Below, one piece after another: positions 31,201 through 38,232 of a stretch of DNA of 38,232 nt. The translations under genes were made by a program, and so were the position numbers. The stretch is from Catajapyx aquilonaris (lineage: Eukaryota). The stretch spans positions 1 through 38,232 of the forward strand of contig KZ538968.1 of NCBI GenBank assembly GCA_000934665.2. Reading direction: 5' to 3'. How positions within the stretch are numbered: the stretch's first letter is position 1; each line of letters begins with the position of its first letter. The notes under the pieces were generated by a model that worked only from the letters and a program-made list of their open reading frames with translations, had not been told where the DNA came from and ran no database searches.

Positions 31201-34200
31201 CTGTGTAGCTGCGGCAGACCGCATGACTTGCGTACTGTTCTGGCGGCAGGCCCATCTTCAGCCTTGCAAACGAAACTAAATAAACACGCCTAACGGCGCC
31301 TAGACTACACACCGACTACTGTGCTTTTCTATACGAGCGACCAATCCTCCCCCACTGAGATACCCAAGGGCATTGTCTCGACCATGTGCACTCAGGAGTA
31401 CCGGTGTACTGTATGTACGTATGTATCTAGGGTTGGCCTGATTAATCTTCGGTGGGAGAGGCAAAGCGGCAGTTCTTGGTTTGGACTGTAATGGGGCTTG
31501 AAGAGGCGGGACGACGGAACACTGGAACACAATGGGGCATAAAAGAGTCGCGGGTAAAAATAGTAGTAGTGGGTTGGTCCAATGCTCCCAGAAGATAGGC
31601 CAGATAGATGCTAACGATGAACCCCACCAGCTCCCGGCACAGTTGCATCAGAGACCTTATATTTCTCCACTTCTTTGAGCGCGATACGTCCAAGACATTT
31701 TGTGTTTCTTATACAATACAAACCGGTGCTCATCACAACCCTCAACTAAGTTAATATTAATTATTACCGAATAAGATATCAATACTGCACTTTGAACACG
31801 CACTATAGTCGGTGAATAATTTCCATTCCCAGTCTAGCAAAATGATTCTAACAGTGTAAGTTCCGAAGAGTTCCAGACCGCCATGAACGTCGCTGCGAGT
31901 AAATTCCAGAGTGATCGAACAAGGTTAGAATGTATAATTACCACACTTGTTCCGTGCAGGTCCAACTCTTTGGCAAACAGTGCAGTGTTTGGGAAGCCTC
32001 ATTTCTATAATTCATAGAGCTCCTTCCGGACGCATAAATTGTTTATTTATAGTCGCAGAAAACTTATAGTGGGCATTGTCCTTGGCTGGGACCCCAGCAG
32101 CTAAGGGCGCCCCGGCCTCGGATTCCTTTGCTGATGGGTTTACCTACAGTAATATTGACAACCTCTTTTGTAATCTATATGCATTACACAACTATCTAGA
32201 TTTTAAGTGCATCTCTCGCTGATTTGTTATCTAAATAGTGGAACCAGGCGAAAAGTATCAAGGATGTCTACAGTGTTACGAACCTTACTGGTGACAAGGC
32301 GATGAAAAATGCATCCTCATTGAATATTAATGCGCATGTACTGTAGATGTCCTCTCCTGCAGCTCATAATTTTCATATCTGGCCTTGCTCGAGATGGCTG
32401 CCTTTTTTTTGCTTTTACAAAGAATAAATCAGGCGGGGGAAAAAGAAAAATTGAGTTATGGTTTGGAAGGGGATATTTTAGATGCTAATCGCCATCTGCC
32501 ATAATGCGCACACAAAGCATATTATTTTCGACTTGGCTCTGACGTGTGTCATTTATTATGGCCAAGTTTTTTGGATAATTGTTTCTGAAACCTGATTTTG
32601 TTCCTGTCTGCAGAAACTTTTTAAAATTACTGTGAATAATACAGTGGCGTTCAAAACTGTGTAAATGTAACTGAATAACAAGCAATTCAGATATTTGAAT
32701 GTGTTACTTTGATACAATTTACAACCAAGACATTAACGCAGTTATTATATTAAGTTATATGATAATATGAGACGCCGTATAAAAATTAACTTTGTTGACA
32801 TGCAACAAAAGATTGCATTGCATGCTTGGAAATTCCACGCCAAATCCTCCATATAAATATCGATATTATTACTAGTTCAATCCAAATTATATTGTCGTGT
32901 TCCTACAAGAACCAAAATATTGAATTATTTTCAGCTCTCGGGGGTTATTAGGTCATCAAGGTCGAAAGGGATGGGAATGTAGAACACGCATCTATCAAAT
33001 TCCGCGATAAGGCCTCCGCAACTATTTGTTTGTCACGTTCTGGGTAACATACGAGGTATACGAAAATATTCCAATTTTTTCCCATAGTCCCACAAAACAA
33101 GAATGTTTAAATCTTAGTATTGTGAAGGTCAAACGTTGTGACCTTGACCTTTCCTGCTGCCCTGAATTGATACTTCTCCAAAATATATAATGAGTCCATC
33201 AACACATTATTCATAATCACATGAAAGTTTGTTTTTGAAGAGAGAAAATATCCCACATTACTTGCATACTTTTGAAATTTTACGACGCAGCATTCACATC
33301 ACAACGAAATTTTTTAAAAACATTTCAGTATAATCCATTCCTTGTTTTATACAGTCAGAACAAAATGATTGCCTGTTGAGAGATGAGCTTCACCATCGAT
33401 CGGTTCTGTTCGATATAGCAAATCAATCCTCCACTCCTCACATTTCTCAACTCTGTCTCCATCACACCACAAGCGATGTTGAAGCAAAATCGCTCGCTTC
33501 TGGTGCCACATCGCTCCTACTATGCTTCTTTTGGTTTCTGACGTAATATGTTTGAATGCCGGGCTTAAAGAAGCTAATAAAACAAAATGAGAGCATTATA
33601 AGCAGTGTATCTCATTTTCCAGAAGGGTCCAGATGTAACCAGCTGTTAATCCGCACTTGTTGTTTATTTGTTTCTTCTTCTTTTTGTGCCCTGCCCAGAC
33701 CGCATGACGACTCCCGGGTGGCGAGTAAACAACCAGAGAGCTGATGTAGGACACAGGTCCAGTCACTTGCTACAATGCAAGTAAGGTCGAGGATGCTGGT
33801 CTATAGGTCAAAGTCCATGCCAGACAGCGGACCATAATAATAATAATTTCAAAAAAGAAAAAGTGAGCAGGCTCAAACAGGTTCCCAACATTCGGTTTGT
33901 AATCATAACAATTTTTCCTGCGGATTAATGTTATGTCTTGCCGTGTAATTTAAACGGGGATTGCGAAATATATATTGCGAATGAAACGTGGAGAGAGTAT
34001 AGGAAGAGCTCAGAAGCAATACTTGATGGAAACTGGTTTCGGCTGCCACTCCACTTTTTGTGGTACCTCTGACATGGCCGTGTTCTCTCAAATATATAGA
34101 AGTACAAAAAGATTCCGAGGGGGGATCGAGAAAGTGTCTTGGTTTCTCAACGGGCTTTCACAGCATAATAAATGAAAACTCATCGTCCAACATGGGCTCA

Positions 34201-36225
34201 AGTCTTACCAGTGGCAGCATCCAATTTGATATGGCTTGAAATATCAAGAAAACTGTAGGAGGGAAAAGTTACGAATTGTGTGCTTCTGCAGCAGAGAAAC
34301 AACAACCATGACAAGTGAATGTTTCTTGTAATATTTCCACCTGGTTGCTGGGGTCATCAATTCATTACTTTCCCACATCCCTCTCAATCTTGGGACTTTG
34401 ACAGTGGAACTGTCTGCATATTATTATAATTTTTGGACACTAGTCTCCCCATCGGGTCAGCTTATGAATATTGTTCAAATAATACTGCAACATATAGCCA
34501 TGTATTAATTCCAAGTTATTTTAAGCTGATCCTAAAGGCTAAACGTGGCTAAACGGAGGTACTGCATATTGAAAAAAAAATCATTGTGAGGAAGAAGGGG
34601 CTAGAATACTTTCCAGATCACTTCTGGTATATTTCAGCAATCTAGTCAGCACAAGAATAATGCATGTGCGTTCGACAAGTACTGTGCAGTTTGCCAAAAT
34701 GAAGCACAGAAGGAACCGCATGCGGTCAACCACACCCCGACCCACATGTAATCCTTATGGCGTCACAAAGGCAGCCTTTCATATTCTATGCATCCTGCAA
34801 CTCATTACAGAGACTGCTGTGTAACTCATTTAATCGGATTATGAATATAGATTTTTCAATCGTATAGGCTACTCCGCTGTGTATGAATACAGTCGTCTTC
34901 TCTACATAATTGTGATCTTCATTTAGTTTCACTCATGCAACCAGAAATGATGTGACAGCCAGTCTGGATTAGTTCTGAAAGCGAGACCACCCTGCTGTAG
35001 GTCTGTAACGAAACCACTGCTCACATCAGGTGTCCGAAGGAAAGTCAGACAATTACCGGCAAATCACTCAACTGCGACGCTAATTGGGGATCCCTGGAAT
35101 CCCATCAGTTGCTTCCTTAACACGCGCGACACTTCGGCTGCCAAGTAATTCTGTCCTAAATAGCAATGCTAACTGTCAGTTACACTGGTCCGCCTTTAAA
35201 CAAGAAGAGTGGAATTTAATTTCCAGCGAATCCGACACCATTTCGACTTTCAAACCAGGACATTTCCTTATGCAAGTTCTACAAAGTAGTTCAAGTCTCA
35301 TGTTATATGGACATCCCTGATGGTCATCGGGTGCAGTAATGTTAATCTGGGGTAACAGTTTCACACTCATGTATAACAAATCGTGAAGGCTTTCCGGAAT
35401 GCTCACTTTTATAATCCTCCTCGGAATTAATTGCTAGGAAAAGAAATGCTAAGCCGGCATAGACGGCGAAGATGCAACAAAAAAAAGTAAAAGAAGCGAA
35501 AAAAAAAATGCGGAAGGCATCCGTCCAATACAAGGCAACAACCTTGGCAAAGGTTGGCGAGGAATGGACTTGGAGCCAAAACAGCCAGACTGTGTGTCCC
35601 ATAATGTCAGGCCAACACATTGGGCCCCTCCCAAACTCACACATGTGCCAATCGTATACACACCACGGGCAGATCCGAATCTACTCGCAAATTCTTCGCC
35701 CGAATATTCGCGCGTACAGCAATTTTCTGGACGTGACTTACGCCTGCGTAAAAAGGAGAGGTGTTGTCTCTTGGAGCATTAATTTAATGAAGACAAGACG
35801 GTCGGTGGAGCGACAGTGCAGGTGGCAAGAGACGTCGGGGGGGCGTGTATTTAATGAGCTGTTGAATGTCGCAAGGAATTATTTATGGGGCGGGGACACA
35901 GACTGGACTTTGATACAAGGTCGAGGAAGAAGCCTTTTGCTCGCACAGGTTATCTTCCCGCAGACTTCACTCTCACTTGGGACCTTTTTTCCTCTGTGCA
36001 CTGACGTCTTTAGGAAGAGAACTAGCTCCAAACACGCGTTCTGTGCGTGCAATACCGAGAACATTGGTCCCCCGTATACAGTAAGGTAATTAAACAAGAA
36101 ATGTTTCATATTCTACAGAGAAGTACCTTTCAACTATTAACATAGCGGTACTCACCTGTGAGATCAGCAAAAGCCACTCCACTCAGGAATATAGTGCTCA
36201 TAAATATGTTGATCAGTCGAGTCAT
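16103..36225 (-). CDS. cv-2: Crossveinless-2/BMPER secreted BMP regulator, about 637 aa; join complement(36156-36225, 28537-28622, 21219-21318, 20900-21076, 20586-20768, 19889-20193, 19123-19279, 18821-19008, 17755-17893, 16338-16686, 16103-16262)
   Basis: Signal peptide, then [11 protein letters not shown]...TDNPCISC (BMPER clip and VWC1), five VWC repeats, a VWD domain with the CTVFGDPHY autocleavage site, [22 protein letters not shown]...LCGLCGNYN, and a C8 domain SCLLDMCEC...[15 protein letters not shown]. Phases are consistent across all junctions. Confidence 0.95.
16338..16686 (-). CDS. cv-2: cv-2 exon 10 ([10 protein letters not shown]...HVRFF-K)
   Basis: tcccag acceptor, AA|GTGAGT donor. 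Confidence 0.94.
17755..17893 (-). CDS. cv-2: cv-2 exon 9 ([25 protein letters not shown]...KSKI-G)
   Basis: ttgcag acceptor, G|GTAAGC donor; VWD middle; not in the ORF track. Confidence 0.9.
18821..19008 (-). CDS. cv-2: cv-2 exon 8, VWD start with GDPH
   Basis: (CT)n-ccag acceptor, AAG|GTACGA donor; [14 protein letters not shown]. Confidence 0.95.
19123..19279 (-). CDS. cv-2: cv-2 exon 7, VWC5 ([10 protein letters not shown]...CCPKCVE)
   Basis: taggcag acceptor, G|GTAAGC donor. Confidence 0.91.
19889..20193 (-). CDS. cv-2: cv-2 exon 6, VWC4 and start of VWC5
   Basis: cacag acceptor; the 3' end is placed at a non-canonical GAG|GCCAGT donor (alternative GT donor 18 nt further). Confidence 0.85.
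20586..20768 (-). CDS. cv-2: cv-2 exon 5, VWC3
   Basis: tttcag acceptor, G|GTAAAT donor; CKFNG...CCPECN. Confidence 0.93.
20900..21076 (-). CDS. cv-2: cv-2 exon 4, VWC2
   Basis: ttacag acceptor, G|GTAGGA donor; CVHKG...CCPSCK. Confidence 0.92.
21219..21318 (-). CDS. cv-2: cv-2 exon 3 ([18 protein letters not shown]...CCDVCK)
   Basis: cctcag acceptor, AAG|GTTTGT donor; completes VWC1; not in the ORF track. Confidence 0.9.
25912..25993. other. Assembly gap (82 N) flanked by poly-C runs in cv-2 intron 2
   Basis: N run with C13 on the left and C9 on the right. Confidence 0.99.
28537..28622 (-). CDS. cv-2: cv-2 exon 2 ([28 protein letters not shown])
   Basis: tttcag acceptor, AAG|GTCAGT donor; matches BMPER GSVAKCENEG...TDNPCIMC. 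Confidence 0.92.
36156..36225 (-). CDS. cv-2: cv-2 signal-peptide exon ([24 protein letters not shown])
   Basis: Not in the ORF track. AAAATG start, hydrophobic core with AFA cleavage motif, CAG|GTGAGT phase-1 donor matching the next exon; upstream acceptor at 36245 implies a non-coding exon further 5'. Confidence 0.82.
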
Positions 36226-38232
36226 TTTCGTCCAGGTGATCACTCTGAAATTGGCAAAAGAACATAGGATATTAGCACCGAGAGAATATTAACAATATAG
36301 TTAAATCCTTAGTATTTATAGAGCATGAAAAGTACGGCGGTAATTGCTGGTCGTCATCGCTTTCATTCGTCAAGTTCCTGGAGCCCAACTCCTTCCGGAG
36401 TCATTTCCCGAAGGAGTGTTTGTTTGAACAAGATTCTGTTGATAAAACCATGCAACAAGGTATCTCTCTGTACGTCTTATTTGGAAACTTTCACACTCTT
36501 GCTCACAAAGTAGTGCCGAATTTTTACAGCTCGGGTGTTACTGGTCATGTCAGGAAGGCTGGGACAAAAATAATGGCTATGTTTTAGTCACATGGTTTTT
36601 GGAATTAGCTATTCATGATCTCTCTCACAAATGGCTGGTTTTTTCTACATTTAGGCAAGAATGCACTTAGTTCAACTGATACGGAACGAGAACAACCTGT
36701 CACACTATCTCATATAAGGCTAAGCAGTAAAACTTCTGTTTCTCTTTCTTGCTTTGTTATTATGTCAAGTCAGTTGACCACAATAAATTAATATAGCAAA
36801 GTGACAAACAATGTATGGCTGCACGATAACCTTTTTATCACTTTGTGATCCGGAACGGAGTGTTTATAAGCAACGTTAAGGACAAAGTATATGACTACTT
36901 GCCTGTTCTTTTCAGGCAATTTAATACTCCTATACATGATGTACTACTCACTCCTTGTCACACCATAAACTATAGGTTTTACAGTGTGATATTTTGTCGC
37001 AAGAGTAATAAAGCAATTATGGAAAGGTGTGATTGACTGCTTTCTTCGGTGTGTATAAAAATCTATTCAATTCAATAGCCTGTCTCCATACATTTTACAG
37101 TAAAAAGGACCAAATTTTGCAAAATCCAAATATTACTTGTGCCAAAAATTGCTCCGCATTTCTGAAATAGTCGTTAAAAACATCTCTGCTATAGTTCTAA
37201 CTACAAAGTCACTGCCCCCATGTTGTATAATTACTTTGCCAGTTAAATATCTTAATGGTCTTCGCATTCGTCCAAGTAAGTGTCACTAGAGGAGACTGGG
37301 CAACAACAAAGTAAGTCCTTAACTACCAGCACTTCGCACTACTCTCTGCCAGGTGGGCAAGATAACGATGTCAATTTTGCCTGCACTAAAGTCTCCTACA
37401 GAGTCAAGAATAGCGACCTGGCAACCACTGGGTGCTAGGTCCAAGGGAATCAGACGAAACCCTCTCCCAGACATATAATGTTGATGGCAGATTGTGCCCC
37501 ACCAAATAAATTCACGTCTCTGTATGATTATGTATTTCATATTTTGGTAGCTTGTCTATACCTAGTAACAATGAACAATTAGTGCGTACTCATGGGTCAA
37601 TGGCGTCAAATTGTCCATACATCCTTTCTCTCCCCACTCCCCTCCCCCTTCCTCTCTCGCTTTTCAGGGAAGGTCAGCCGGACAATAACCTTTAGTACCG
37701 GTACCACTCAATGTTTGTGACTGTGCGTGTGCGAGCCATAAACACGTCTCCAGTCTGAGCAAAACCGTCGTATAATCTTGCCTTTTGCGTCCGGTCACCA
37801 ACTAACGAACGCAGCCACGGAAATTTGCTGCTAAAAATTAGCGGGGATACAAGGGTGCCAAAATATGCGGAATGAGATTCACTAGGAATTATTTCCGTCA
37901 GCCGTGGGACAAAAATATCGTACTATCTAGGTCATTCTCACTGAGTGGTCGCCAGACTAGATATAGACAGGCTATTTTTGCTATTAATAAAATGTCAAGG
38001 AAATCGAACAAATTGACGACAGTGTTACCATGTGTGTTAGTCGTAGATAGAGAGATGTGGACTAATTATGTAGGATCCATCTTTTAACATTTTTTTGAGG
38101 AAATTGTTTTTCTAACAGGTTCAATTTTTATACCAAGAGTCCTAAAGTCATTGCATGTTTTTCATATAGGATAACAGCTATTAGTGCTTGCTTTTCAACC
38201 TCAGGCAATTGTTCCGCCCTTTTCAGCTTATT

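Noticed and set aside
31442..31693. 83-aa ORF with a hydrophobic segment in cv-2 intron 1
   Set aside because: Starts at TTG, no homology recognised, and not needed by the cv-2 exon chain.
35472..36089. 205-aa ORF antisense in cv-2 intron 1
   Set aside because: No recognisable domain, its Lys-rich start derives from A-runs, and there is no clear splice structure.
504..36225. RME-8, TTLL9 and cv-2 as a functional gene cluster or novel system
   Set aside because: Adjacency in an animal genome is not evidence of shared function; the three act in unrelated pathways and conserved synteny could not be tested.

Overview
Eukaryotic (invertebrate animal, probably arthropod-like; species not determinable) genomic DNA with spliceosomal introns and one 82-N assembly gap. 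Three multi-exon genes were rebuilt by hand, with every junction checked for reading phase. (1) The 5' part of RME-8/DNAJC13 on the minus strand (6 coding exons, 504-4478, 525 codons, continuing off the left edge). (2) A complete TTLL9-like tubulin polyglutamylase on the plus strand (10 coding exons, 9957-13898, about 1057 aa) whose catalytic core follows a ~630-aa single-exon basic/Ser-Pro-rich extension with RPGTGG tandem repeats. (3) A complete crossveinless-2/BMPER on the minus strand (11 coding exons, 16103-36225, about 637 aa: signal peptide, 5 VWC, GDPH-VWD, C8, no TIL). Introns and intergenic DNA hold a full tRNA-derived SINE with a TSD, a V-domain-like SINE remnant, a probable non-autonomous Helitron, a ~230-bp palindrome and TTAA-flanked MITE candidates. 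I found no convincing wholly new biological system. The best leads are the extended TTLL9, a possible TIL-domain relic in the cv-2 3' region, a probable GC splice donor in cv-2 and an altered PI3P-binding motif in RME-8. All homology calls come from recalled family sequences, not from a database search.
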